A model generated the notes under the pieces. The model worked only from the letters and a program-made list of their open reading frames with translations, was not told where the DNA came from and made no database searches. DNA of 64,000 bases, taken from positions 166,160 to 230,159 of the forward strand of contig JANLFY010000001.1 of the NCBI GenBank assembly GCA_024653485.1, given 5' to 3'. The DNA is from Bacillota bacterium. GTDB taxonomy: Bacteria; Bacillota; SHA-98; UBA4971. Shown piece after piece: positions 1-9,369 of this stretch; the stretch's first letter is position 1, and every line of letters begins with the position of its first letter. The position numbers were made by a program, and so were the translations under genes.

Positions 1-813
1 GGGAATTACGTCTTGATATACGGGAAGCTGGGGTTCCCGAGGATGGGCGTGGCGGGAGCCGCGCTCTCAACCAGCGTATCGAGGGCCATTGCATTCGCGC
101 TCATCTTGCGCGCCGTAACCGGAGGCAGATTCGCTCTGCACCTCACGGGACCGACTCGACTTGACGCCCCCCTCATCAGGCGCATAGTTAGAATCGGGAT
201 TCCCGCTGCTATTGAGCAGATCATCCTTCGAGGGGGCCAGCTCGCTTACCTTCGAATTGTGGCGGGTTTCGGGACGGCCGTGGTGGCTTCACACCAAATC
301 GCCATGAACATCCTGGGCCTTTCTTTCATGCCGGGCCAGGCGTTCGCTGTGGCGGCGACGACCCTAGTGGGACAGGGCCTTGGCGCGCGTCGACCGGATC
401 TCGCGGAAAGGGGAGCGCTCGAGACCCGGCGCATCGGGATGATCGTCTCCGGTTTCATGGCGTTCGTTTTCATTCTGTTCGGCAGGTACATCGCAATGCT
501 GTACTCCAATGATCCCATAGTCGTGGCGAAGACAGCCATCGTCTTGCGCATCATTGGACTCGTGCAGCCGGCCCAGTCCACGCAATTCATCCTCGCGGGC
601 GGGCTGCGCGGGGCAGGCGACACGAAGTGGCCGCTTTACTCTACGGCGGTCGGGATCTGGGGTTTCAGGGTCGCGCTAGGATACGTGCTCGCGGTGATCT
701 CACGCATGGAGCTCGTGGGCGCGTGGATCGCAATGGCGATAGATCAGGTCGTGCGCTCCGCGATCATAACGTTTAGGTTCCGAGGAGGTAGGTGGAAGCT
801 CGCTAAGCCGTGA
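1..813 (+). CDS. MATE family efflux transporter, C-terminal part (5' end outside window)
   Basis: Motifs IYGKLGFPRMGVAGAALST, IGIPAAIEQ, ATTLVGQGLGA, GGLRGAGDTK; multiple TM helices. Confidence 0.92.
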   Translation, partial: GNYVLIYGKLGFPRMGVAGAALSTSVSRAIAFALILRAVTGGRFALHLTGPTRLDAPLIRRIVRIGIPAAIEQIILRGGQLAYLRIVAGFGTAVVASHQIAMNILGLSFMPGQAFAVAATTLVGQGLGARRPDLAERGALETRRIGMIVSGFMAFVFILFGRYIAMLYSNDPIVVAKTAIVLRIIGLVQPAQSTQFILAGGLRGAGDTKWPLYSTAVGIWGFRVALGYVLAVISRMELVGAWIAMAIDQVVRSAIITFRFRGGRWKLAKP

Positions 814-840
814 GGGACCCTTCGGCGGCCGGAGGGTCCC
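814..840 (+). terminator. GC-rich hairpin directly after MATE stop codon
   Basis: gggacccttcgg-cgg-ccggagggtccc, 12 bp stem; no U-tract. Confidence 0.5.
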
Positions 841-854
841 CCAAAAGCGGAGGC

Positions 855-884
855 TTGACATAGTGTGGAGAAAGAGCGTAAGCT
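855..884 (+). promoter_or_regulatory. sigmaA-like promoter for mgtE leader
   Basis: TTGACA-18nt-TAAGCT. Confidence 0.55.
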
Positions 885-955
885 GAAGCGGGAAAGGGCC
901 TCCAACGAGGATTCGTCACCACTAACGCAGGCATCCGCGAAAGGAGATGATGAAG

Positions 956-1066
956 ATGGACGCTGACCCAGGGAGTAGTAGCTTCAGCATAAGGTACCAG
1001 AGAACGGCGCACGCGGCGCTAGCTCGTGCGAGATGTCCGTCTTCGTCGTTTCCCGGAGCTGGGTGA
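956..1066 (+). CDS. Putative mgtE leader peptide, 36 aa (MDADPGSSSFSIRYQRTAHAALARARCPSSSFPGAG)
   Basis: SD AAGGAG at 941-946; MDADP start resembles MgtL-type leader starts; lies between promoter and attenuator-like hairpin. Confidence 0.45.
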   Translation: MDADPGSSSFSIRYQRTAHAALARARCPSSSFPGAG

Positions 1067-1081
1067 GTCTTGTTCGTCACA

Positions 1082-1120
1082 CGCCCTTGGCTCGTCGGGA
1101 TGACGGGCCAAGGGCGCTTT
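1082..1120 (+). terminator. Attenuator/terminator-like hairpin in mgtE leader
   Basis: cgcccttggctcgtc-gggat-gacgggccaagggcg (15 bp, one G-U) followed by cttt. Confidence 0.55.
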
Positions 1121-1261
1121 CGAATATGGGACGCCAATCGTCCGCGTCACGTCCCTGCTCGGCATGCCCGCACCTGTTCGCCTCCGCGCCGTGCTGCGTC
1201 GGACGCCTCGTCTGAGGCTGAACGCCGCTCGCGACTAACCGACGACGCCGTAAGGGAGGGG

Positions 1262-2617
1262 ATGCAGGTGGCCATCGACCTCACGAACAGAGTACAGGGG
1301 CTTCTTACTCAGAAGGACTACATTGGACTCAAGCGGGCTCTTGAAAGGTGCCATCCCTCAGACATCGCAAGGGTCATTGACGAGTTGTCCTCGGACTCAA
1401 TCGGATTCGTATTCAGGCTTCTCCCCAAGAATCTCGCCATTGAGGTCTTTGACTTCATGGATGTCGATAGGAAACAGGTCCTTCTGCGATCCCTCGGTGG
1501 AGACATGGTTGCGATGCTCCTCAACGAGATGAGCCCGGACGATCGGACGGAGCTCTTCGAGGAACTGCCCGCCAAGGTGGTCAAGAAGTATCTCTCGCTC
1601 TTGTCCGACAAGGAACGGCACGTGGCCAACATGCTCCTGGGATACAGGGAGGAGTCTGCTGGTCGTCTCATGACCACAGACTTCGTGGATCTAAAGGAGG
1701 ATCAGACCGTCGACGATGCCCTCGCGCACGTGAGAAAGACGGCACCGGACAAGGAGACCATATACCACTTGTACGTCATATCCCGAGATAGGCGGCTCGT
1801 GGGTGGGCTATCTCTCAAGGAGCTCATGTTGGCGCCGGGCGATAGATTGGTCGGCGAGATAATGCACCCGGACGTGGTGAGGGTCTCGACCGATACCGAC
1901 CAGGAGGATGTCGCCCGGGTTTTCGAGGACTACGGGTTCCTCGCCGTGCCCGTGGTGGACAGAGAGGACCGCCTCGTCGGGATCATCACCCACGACGACA
2001 TACTCGAGGTCGTTCGTGAGGAAGACACCGAGGACATTCACAGGATGGGTGGCTTGGGTGCTCCTGAGGAGGAGTACTTCAGGATGAGCCTTGCGGACAA
2101 CGTGAAGAAGCGTGTCGGATGGCTCGCGCTGCTCGTTCTTTTCGAGAGCTTCTCCAGCAACATCCTGAAGGTCTACTCAGCTTCCCTCGAGGCTGTGGTG
2201 GCACTGGCGTTCTTCATACCCACCCTCATCGACACAGGGGGAAACACCGGGACCCAGTCAGCCACGCTCGTCATCCGGGGCATGGCCACTGGCGAGATAG
2301 ACCTGCGGCAGGGGTTCAGGGTGATGCTCAGGGAATGCGCCATCGGAGTGGTGCTGGGGCTCTTTCTCGGCGCATTCGCTTACGTGCGGGCTTACCTCAC
2401 ACAGGCCGACGTGAGGATCGCCTTTGTCGTCGGGCTTTCGCTGCTCGTGGTGATAGCGGTATCGAACGTGGCTGGCGCCTTCCTGCCCCTCGCCGCCAAG
2501 CGGCTGAGAGTGGACCCGGCGGTGATGGCCGGCCCGTTCATCACCACCGTCGTTGACATCATCGGTCTCATCGTGTACTTCGAGGTCGCGCGCATTGTCA
2601 TAGGTCTGAACAGCTAG
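1262..2617 (+). CDS. mgtE: Magnesium transporter MgtE
   Basis: MgtE_N (MSPDDRTELFEELP), CBS pair (AGRLMTTDF, VPVVD), TM domain GGNTGTQS and PFITTVVD; start re-picked after SD agggaggg (GTG 1268 alternative). Confidence 0.95.
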   Translation: MQVAIDLTNRVQGLLTQKDYIGLKRALERCHPSDIARVIDELSSDSIGFVFRLLPKNLAIEVFDFMDVDRKQVLLRSLGGDMVAMLLNEMSPDDRTELFEELPAKVVKKYLSLLSDKERHVANMLLGYREESAGRLMTTDFVDLKEDQTVDDALAHVRKTAPDKETIYHLYVISRDRRLVGGLSLKELMLAPGDRLVGEIMHPDVVRVSTDTDQEDVARVFEDYGFLAVPVVDREDRLVGIITHDDILEVVREEDTEDIHRMGGLGAPEEEYFRMSLADNVKKRVGWLALLVLFESFSSNILKVYSASLEAVVALAFFIPTLIDTGGNTGTQSATLVIRGMATGEIDLRQGFRVMLRECAIGVVLGLFLGAFAYVRAYLTQADVRIAFVVGLSLLVVIAVSNVAGAFLPLAAKRLRVDPAVMAGPFITTVVDIIGLIVYFEVARIVIGLNS

Positions 2618-2694
2618 AGCCGGATGCCGCGTCTCCTCAGGCTTCACGGGGCACGCCAGGTCGCCGGCCCCTGACTGTGCCCCGTCATACCTAA

Positions 2695-4404
2695 TCAGGC
2701 CGTGCGGTCTTCCCGTGCGAGACTCCTCATGAGCGCCACGAGCCTCGCTATCTCCTCACGAGACGCGCGGAAGACCGCCGGGTCTCTCAACGATCCCCCC
2801 TGGTCAAGCGCTTTCCGGAGCGCGGCATATGCGTGGTCGAGCTCCTCGCTCGCGGCCTTCAACGAGAGTGCCCTTTCTCCCTCCGTGCTCACGCCCGGAG
2901 TCACCGTTGTTTCACCGCTTACAAGGTCCACGGTGTCTCCTCTGTGGGGAACTCCCACCCACAGTCCCAGGGTGTTCTCGAGGGTCACCGCGAGGGCCTC
3001 GGCCGATTCTTCCTCGCCATGCACCACGAAGACGCGCCTCGGTTTGCTGCGAAGGCTTCTCACCCAGTAGAGCAGAGCGTCGCGGTCAGCGTGAGCCGAG
3101 TACCCGTCTATGGACTCGATGGACGCGCTCACGACCACGTCTTCGTTGAAAATCCTGACCTTCTTGGCTCCATCCATCAGCAGACGACCGAGCGTGCCTC
3201 GCGCCTGGAATCCGACGAAGAGGACTGTGCACTCCGGCCTCCAGAGGTTGTGTTTCAGGTGGTGCTTGATCCGGCCGAAGTTGCACATCCCGCCGGCCGA
3301 GATAATGATGGCACCTCTTGTGATATCGTTGAGGGCACGAGATTCCTCTGCGGTCCGCACGTACTGGAGCCCTGGAAAGTCGAAGGGATCACCTCCGGCT
3401 TCAATGAGAGCCGTGGTCTCGATGTCGAACTCGTCCCGATACGAGCTGAACACCTCGGTGGCAGATACGGCCATCGGGCTGTCGATGAACACCCTCACGG
3501 GTGGGACCTCCTGCTTGTAGGCCAGTTTCGCGATATCGTGAAGGACGTCCTGGGTGCGTGCCACGGCAAAGGCAGGGACGATCACGTTTCCGCCACGCGC
3601 CCACGTGTCGCAGATCACTCTCCGGAGCCTCTCAATGCTTTCCATGCGGTCTTCATGAACCCTGTTCCCGTACGTCGACTCTACTATGAGGAAGTCGGCG
3701 TCCGACACGAACTCTGGGTCTTTGATGATCGGCTGGTTCACGTTGCCGAGGTCTCCCGAGAAGACGATCTTCACCTCGCCGCCGGTGAGCGCGGGCGCAG
3801 GCTCCATAGCGCTCTCGGGACCGGCGGCAGCCGGCGAGCCGGATGCGGAAGGCCGCGCCATGCCCTCTCCGGACCCGTGATGCCGCAAGTACACCTCGAT
3901 CACGGCGGATCCGAGAATGTGCCCGGCATGCCGGAACCTCACCGCAACGTCCGGAGCCACCCCCACGATCTGACCGAAAGGAACCGCCTCGAAGCTCGAA
4001 ATGCTCCTCTCAACGTCGTCCAGCGTGTAGAGCGGCTCGAACGGAACCTCGCCCGCTCGGCGGGCTTTGCGCTGCTGCCAACCGGCTTCGAGTTCCTGGA
4101 TGTGGGCGCTGTCCAGGAGCATGATCTTGCACAGAGCGATGGTAGCGGCGGTAGCGTACACTTTGCCTTTGAAGCCCTCGCGCACCAGCCGCGGGATGAG
4201 GCCGCTGTGGTCTATGTGCGCGTGAGTCAAGAGGACGAAGTCGAGGCCCGAGGGGTCGAACGGGAAGGGAAGGCGATTGAGCTTCTGGATCTCGTCGTCT
4301 CCTTGGAACATCCCGCAGTCCACTATGAATTCCGTGACACCGGTTTGCACGTAGTGGCACGATCCGGTCACGGTTCGGGTGGCGCCAACGAATTCAAGTC
4401 TCAT
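2695..4404 (-). CDS. MBL-fold beta-CASP ribonuclease
   Basis: VTGSC, DCGMFQG, THAHIDHSG, HAGHILGS, FSGDLG, ESTYG, SAHAD, VHGE motifs. Confidence 0.93.
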   Translation of the reverse strand: MRLEFVGATRTVTGSCHYVQTGVTEFIVDCGMFQGDDEIQKLNRLPFPFDPSGLDFVLLTHAHIDHSGLIPRLVREGFKGKVYATAATIALCKIMLLDSAHIQELEAGWQQRKARRAGEVPFEPLYTLDDVERSISSFEAVPFGQIVGVAPDVAVRFRHAGHILGSAVIEVYLRHHGSGEGMARPSASGSPAAAGPESAMEPAPALTGGEVKIVFSGDLGNVNQPIIKDPEFVSDADFLIVESTYGNRVHEDRMESIERLRRVICDTWARGGNVIVPAFAVARTQDVLHDIAKLAYKQEVPPVRVFIDSPMAVSATEVFSSYRDEFDIETTALIEAGGDPFDFPGLQYVRTAEESRALNDITRGAIIISAGGMCNFGRIKHHLKHNLWRPECTVLFVGFQARGTLGRLLMDGAKKVRIFNEDVVVSASIESIDGYSAHADRDALLYWVRSLRSKPRRVFVVHGEEESAEALAVTLENTLGLWVGVPHRGDTVDLVSGETTVTPGVSTEGERALSLKAASEELDHAYAALRKALDQGGSLRDPAVFRASREEIARLVALMRSLAREDRTA

Positions 4405-4570
4405 GGGATGATCGTCCCTCCTATCCACCCGTCACGTCGCGCACGACAGGCGAGGTTGCGCGTACGCGCGACAGACTGCAGCCCTTCGAGTCCCAAATCA
4501 CTACTTCCCGGTCAGATCCCGAGAATCCTGCTGCATCCCTCTGGTTTGGTGCCCGTTCGGCGTTGGTAGA

Positions 4571-4597
4571 ATAAGAAAACCTGCCGTGTCATACCAT
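4571..4597 (+). promoter_or_regulatory. sigmaE-like sporulation promoter for pdaB
   Basis: ATA-16nt-CATACCAT; pdaB is sigmaE-controlled in Bacillus subtilis. Confidence 0.55.
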
Positions 4598-4649
4598 TTG
4601 TCAGGGATGGTTGTTCAGATCCGGATCCACAAACGCGGGAGGTGGCAAG

Positions 4650-5429
4650 ATGCTGGTGATTTCGAGACGGGCGGTCGTCCTGGTTGGCGCGTGCGCGGCT
4701 TGTCTCGTGTTGGGCCTCGGGTTCCTTGCCGGACGCGGCGTGGAATGGGTCGTGACTCGCCACGTTCCCGTGACCGAGTCCATCTTGGTGCTGCCCCGGA
4801 CCACGATGCCCCTCTTCTACGTCAAGACGGAGGAACCGGCCATCGCCCTGACCTTCGACATTAGCTGGGGCCACGAGACCGCGCCGCGTGTGCTCGAGAT
4901 CCTCCGCGAGAAGAACGTGAGGGCCACCTTCTTTCTCTCGGGCCCGTGGGCGAAAAGGAACGCAGAGCTCGTTCAGGAGATCGTGCGGGCGGGTCACGAA
5001 GTCGGCAGCCATGGCGATGCCCACGTCAACCTCAGCCGTTACGACCGGGCTGTGGTCGAGGACAACATCAGGACCGCCCATGAGGACCTTCTTAATGCGG
5101 CGGGAAGGGTCGCGCCGTTCTTCCGTCCCCCGAATGGCGACTACGATGACGTGGTCGTTGAAGTCGCGAAGGCCTGCGGGTACGAGACCGTGATATGGGC
5201 TGTCGACTCCCTCGACTGGAAAAACCCCGGGCCGGATTTCATGGTTGACCGGGTGCTGAAAAGAGCTTTCAAGGGCGCAATCATTCTCATGCATGCGAGT
5301 GACTCGAGCAAGCAGATTCATGAAGCCCTTCCCCGTGTGATCGACGGCCTTCGTGAGAAAGGCTACAGATTGGTGCCTCTTTCTGAGCTTCTGACGTTGG
5401 GAGAGCCCGGCCGGGATGATCCAAGGTAG
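4650..5429 (+). CDS. pdaB: Polysaccharide deacetylase, PdaB-like sporulation protein
   Basis: N-terminal TM; LTFDISWG, ATFFLSGPW, HEVGSHG, FRPPNGDY, DSLDWKNPG, LMHASD. Confidence 0.85.
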   Translation: MLVISRRAVVLVGACAACLVLGLGFLAGRGVEWVVTRHVPVTESILVLPRTTMPLFYVKTEEPAIALTFDISWGHETAPRVLEILREKNVRATFFLSGPWAKRNAELVQEIVRAGHEVGSHGDAHVNLSRYDRAVVEDNIRTAHEDLLNAAGRVAPFFRPPNGDYDDVVVEVAKACGYETVIWAVDSLDWKNPGPDFMVDRVLKRAFKGAIILMHASDSSKQIHEALPRVIDGLREKGYRLVPLSELLTLGEPGRDDPR

Positions 5430-5465
5430 CGCGGCGCGGGCAGCGAGGCCGGGCTCGCGCGGATG

Positions 5466-5831
5466 TCAATGAGGTGGTGAGTAGAGACACAGGATCCCGA
5501 TGTTCGTATAGCTCGTACACTTTGCAGCGGCGGGAAACGTGCGCACGATCCGGAAGTCGAACCGTCGAAAGCCCTTCGATGCGACTACGTTCTCGATGAC
5601 CACGTCTGCCACCTTCGCTGGACGCTGTCCGCCGACGAATATGACCTCCGCTGGCGTTCCGGGGCCTAGCTTGCCCGAGTTTATGTCCACGAGAACGTCG
5701 TACGAGATCTCGCTTGGTCTGTACGCTAGATGGTACATGCTGCCGGGACCCAGGGTCCGCAGATTGTCCACGGTCCACTGGATCTTAACCACCATTTGGA
5801 GCACCTTCGAGCGTGGTACTTCGGGCTCCAT
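5466..5831 (-). CDS. Hypothetical protein, 121 aa
   Basis: SD gggagg before ATG; globular beta-rich composition; sigmaK-like site upstream. Confidence 0.6.
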   Translation of the reverse strand: MEPEVPRSKVLQMVVKIQWTVDNLRTLGPGSMYHLAYRPSEISYDVLVDINSGKLGPGTPAEVIFVGGQRPAKVADVVIENVVASKGFRRFDFRIVRTFPAAAKCTSYTNIGILCLYSPPH

Positions 5832-6126
5832 CAAGAGCGCCTCCCGCCCCTGGCTTGCCTCCTCGTATTCCCCGGCCGATCGCTTCGATCGCAACCCTCC
5901 GCGACGCGGCAAGGGGGGCTTCCAGTATACGATATGCCTTCATTCCACCGGGCGTGAGAAGGTTGCTAGAGGCTGCATCGAGCCGGCGGCGGTCCTCGGG
6001 ATCGGTACGAGGCTGGCCGCGGTTACCTGCCGGAGCGTCTTCCTCTGCGTAATCTATACGCCAGACGCGGTCAGGAGATACTAGCTGAAGAACCCTACTT
6101 GCGCCGAGGGAACAGGAGGATGGACG

Positions 6127-6570
6127 ATGGCGCTTGAGACCTTTCGCGCTTCGGTGCGCAGTGTGGGACAAGGGCTCCTGTGTAAGGCGAACGTCCGGGG
6201 TTTCGAGGTGGCCATGGACGAGCCGAAAGAGCTGGGAGGCGGAGACCAGGCGATGAATCCCGTGGAGCTTCTGCTCTCGTCCTTGGGAGGGTGCATCACC
6301 ATTTGCGCCGTTGCGTTTGCTCCGACGTGCGGTGTGAGGCTCGACGGGTTCCGCGTGGACCTCGAAGGCGACTTGGATCCCGACGGATTCATGGGAAAGC
6401 GCGAGGACGTTCGCACGGGTTTCCAGCACATAAGGTTCACTATGAACATAACATCCAGCTCGCCCGAGGAGAACGTCCGAAAGCTGGTCAAGATGATAAA
6501 GTCTCGCTGTCCCGTGTCCGACACCCTCCAAGGGGTGAGAATAGACGGGGACTTCACGCTGACCCGCTGA
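6127..6570 (+). CDS. OsmC/Ohr family protein
   Basis: DEPKELGGGDQAMNPVELLLSSLGGC ... SRCPVSDTL; SD aggagga. Confidence 0.9.
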   Translation: MALETFRASVRSVGQGLLCKANVRGFEVAMDEPKELGGGDQAMNPVELLLSSLGGCITICAVAFAPTCGVRLDGFRVDLEGDLDPDGFMGKREDVRTGFQHIRFTMNITSSSPEENVRKLVKMIKSRCPVSDTLQGVRIDGDFTLTR

Positions 6571-7015
6571 GACCCGCTGACCCGCCCCTCTGATCTGGTG
6601 CTTGCCACGCCGGCCGGTGCCGTCACGGCTCAAGGCCGGCGTCGCGCTTTCGCCGCCCCGTGTGTCCGTGAAGGAACGCAGGGGCGGATGTTTAACGTAC
6701 TAAGGGGGGGTAACGGGCATGCCGGAGGCTTTGGTGAATGGAATGAGCCTCTGGGACGAGCCTGCCTCCTCTGGCCGTCCGGTCCGAGACTTCGAGGTCT
6801 CGACAGGCTTGCGGCGTCAATCTTGCGGCGTCGATCGTCGATCAAGGAGCTCGTTGCCACGTCGTCGGTCGAGGTCGTCGGTCGAGCTCGAGCAAGAGAT
6901 CGTGCAAACCGCTCGAGCGCTCGCGAGGCTCTCGATACCATCAGGTGAAGGGGAGGGGGAGATCGTGGTCGGAGAGGTTCCGACGAAGGGACGTCGAGTG
7001 AGGGAGGGATGCACG

Positions 7016-8209
7016 GTGAAGGAGGCTGTAGTCGTCAGTGCGGTTAGAACGGCGATCGGGACTTTTGGCGGAACCTTGGCGGACGTCCCCGCCTGGCATC
7101 TCGGCGCGGTTGTGATCGCGGAAGCGCTCAGGCGCGCCCGGCTCGAGCCTTCGGAAGTTGACGAAGTCATCATGGGCAACATCCTCCAGGCGGGGCAAGG
7201 CCAGAACCCCGCCCGGCAGGCCGCAGTCAAGGCCGGACTTCCGGTCGAGGTTCCCTCGATGACCATCAACAAAGTGTGCGGGTCTGGGTTGAAGGCGATC
7301 GTTCTCGCTGCCCAGTCCGTGATGCTTGGCGACGCGGATGTGGTCGTTGCGGGCGGCATGGAGAGCATGAACCAGGCGCCGTACCTCTTGACGAGGGCGA
7401 GAACGGGTTACCGAATGGGCCACGGCGACCTCGTGGACAGCATGATAGGGGATGGCTTGTGGTGCGCCATCACAGGCGTCCACATGGGTGTCACGGCGGA
7501 GAACCTCGCGGCGAAGTACGGCATCTCCAGGCAGGAACAGGATGAGTTCGCCCTTCGCAGTCAGCGGAGGGCTGAGCGCGCCATCACGGAAGGGCGGTTC
7601 GAGGAGGAGATCGTGCCGGTGGAGGTCCGGGGCAGGAAAGGCGAGGCCGTGAAGTTCGCCAGGGACGAGCACCCGCGGTTCGGAGTCACAATTGAGAACC
7701 TGGCCGCGCTGCGACCCGCCTTCAAGAAGGACGGCACCGTCACCGCCGGGAACGCCTCCGGCATCAACGACGGTGCGGCGGCAGTGGTGGTGATGTCGCG
7801 GGAAGGCGCAGAGTCACGCGGGCTCGAGCCCATGGCGACCATCGTGAGTTACGCGTCGGCGGGAGTAGAACCGTCGGAGATGGGGCTGGGCCCTGTTCCC
7901 GCTACCCGGAAAGCGCTGGCCAAGGCGGGTCTCAAACTCGACCAAGTCGACCTCATCGAAGCGAACGAGGCGTTCGCGGTGCAATCCCTTGCGGTCGGCA
8001 GGGAGCTTGGGTGGGACCTGGAGAGGGTCAACGTGAACGGAGGCGCGATAGCTCTAGGACATCCGATAGGAGCGAGCGGAGCTAGGATTCTGGTGACCTT
8101 AGTTCACGAGATGAAAAGAGCCGGGGCAGAGCTCGGCCTCGCAACCCTCTGTGTGGGCGGAGGCATGGGAGTGGCGGCCATCGTCAGGCGAGAGCGCGTT
8201 GCCCGGTGA
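7016..8209 (+). CDS. Acetyl-CoA C-acetyltransferase (thiolase)
   Basis: [40 protein letters not shown]; start re-picked at GTG after agggaggg. Confidence 0.96.
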   Translation: MKEAVVVSAVRTAIGTFGGTLADVPAWHLGAVVIAEALRRARLEPSEVDEVIMGNILQAGQGQNPARQAAVKAGLPVEVPSMTINKVCGSGLKAIVLAAQSVMLGDADVVVAGGMESMNQAPYLLTRARTGYRMGHGDLVDSMIGDGLWCAITGVHMGVTAENLAAKYGISRQEQDEFALRSQRRAERAITEGRFEEEIVPVEVRGRKGEAVKFARDEHPRFGVTIENLAALRPAFKKDGTVTAGNASGINDGAAAVVVMSREGAESRGLEPMATIVSYASAGVEPSEMGLGPVPATRKALAKAGLKLDQVDLIEANEAFAVQSLAVGRELGWDLERVNVNGGAIALGHPIGASGARILVTLVHEMKRAGAELGLATLCVGGGMGVAAIVRRERVAR

Positions 8210-8263
8210 CAGCGCCTGGAGTGGGAGAGCGTGGTGCGCCTCAGGGCGAACGGAAATTCCGCG

Positions 8264-8292
8264 TTGCGGACAGGGACGGGCCATAGTATAAT
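8264..8292 (+). promoter_or_regulatory. sigmaA-like promoter of FMN-binding protein gene
   Basis: TTGCGG-17nt-TATAAT. Confidence 0.6.
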
Positions 8293-8412
8293 TGTAATGG
8301 TTCACTAGCCCAGGTGGAGTCCGTGTGCTAGTGGCCGAGAAAGAGTGCGTAGCGGTTGTGAAACGTCAGAGTATCAGGGGGGATGCGGGTCAGGTGTTCG
8401 GACGCGGGCGTC

Positions 8413-8434
8413 TGTGAAAAGTGTCATTTTCACA
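8413..8434. promoter_or_regulatory. Palindromic operator candidate
   Basis: TGTGAAAA-gtgtca-TTTTCACA just upstream of SD. Confidence 0.45.
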
Positions 8435-8458
8435 AAGTCGAAAGGAGAGGCGGCGAAA

Positions 8459-9142
8459 GTGAGAAGAGCCAACGTGCTACTGGCAGTGGCAGTTGCTTTG
8501 GTTGCGCTCATCGGTTCAGTGGCGTTTGGAGCCGAGGCGCCGTCGTACAAGGACGGTTCATACATAGGATATGTTCCGGACGATCACGGTGACGTTGTCA
8601 TCGAGGTTGTGATCCAGTTTGGCAAGATAGTCGATGTCAATATGATAAACCCTGACAAGCCCCAGTCGTACAAGCATGAGGCTGCGAAGGCCTTGTTCCG
8701 CGAGTATCCTCTGATGGTTGTCAAGAATCAGAAGGCCGATATCGACGCTGTGAGCGGCGCCACGAGCTCTCGTAACCAATACACGAAGGCCACCCAGATG
8801 GCTCTGGATATCGCGAGTGGGAAATACAAGGGCAACGTGTTCTACGGATTGGCCAAGAACCCCGTGAACGGGCACACCCTTCTGGCCGTGACCGTGCAAG
8901 GTAAGAAAGTCACGAAGGTCGAGTTCATAACGAAGAAGACAGACTACGACACGCTCATGGCGGCAAAAGGAGCGGACTACAAATCGAAGCCTGCAAAGGA
9001 GTTCTTCGACAGCTTCCCGCAGCTGGCCGTGAAGGTGCAGACGGATCTCAAGAAGATCGACGCTGTGAGCGGCGCGACGCACAGCTACCATGAGTACCTG
9101 CATGCATACGAGAACGCCCTGAGGCAGGCGGGCCTGCTCTAG
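8459..9142 (+). CDS. Secreted FMN-binding protein with two flavinylation sites (PplA-like)
   Basis: Signal peptide; YKDGSY start; two IDAVSGAT motifs ([S/T]GA[S/T] ApbE target). Confidence 0.85.
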   Translation: MRRANVLLAVAVALVALIGSVAFGAEAPSYKDGSYIGYVPDDHGDVVIEVVIQFGKIVDVNMINPDKPQSYKHEAAKALFREYPLMVVKNQKADIDAVSGATSSRNQYTKATQMALDIASGKYKGNVFYGLAKNPVNGHTLLAVTVQGKKVTKVEFITKKTDYDTLMAAKGADYKSKPAKEFFDSFPQLAVKVQTDLKKIDAVSGATHSYHEYLHAYENALRQAGLL

Positions 9143-9297
9143 GCCACCGTCCATGCACGGCCGATGGATCCGGCCGATGGACCCGAGGAGGTCCAATAGT
9201 CCGTGCCATCGGGATGGATGCCTGCTGGAGAGCAGGGCCTGCGGGCGCCACGCGGGAAACGCGGAGCGCTCAGGGCCCGGCATCTTTGATAAACAGT

Positions 9298-9331
9298 GGG
9301 AGGCCCGGCGCCTCAGGGCGCCAGGCCTCTC
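9298..9331. terminator. Hairpin between convergent genes
   Basis: gggaggcc-c-ggcgcc-tcag-ggcgcc-a-ggcctctc. Confidence 0.5.
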
Positions 9332-9369
9332 GACGTTATCGGTGACCGATATCGGTTACGATGGACGTT

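Noticed and set aside
969..1040. yybP-ykoY-like words GGGAGUAG and GCGAGA in the mgtE leader
   Set aside because: The flanks do not form the expected P1 pairing; the leader-peptide reading fits better, though an Rfam scan is needed
2833..4569. 578-aa plus-strand ORF
   Set aside because: Antisense shadow of the beta-CASP gene; no motifs; expected in high-GC DNA
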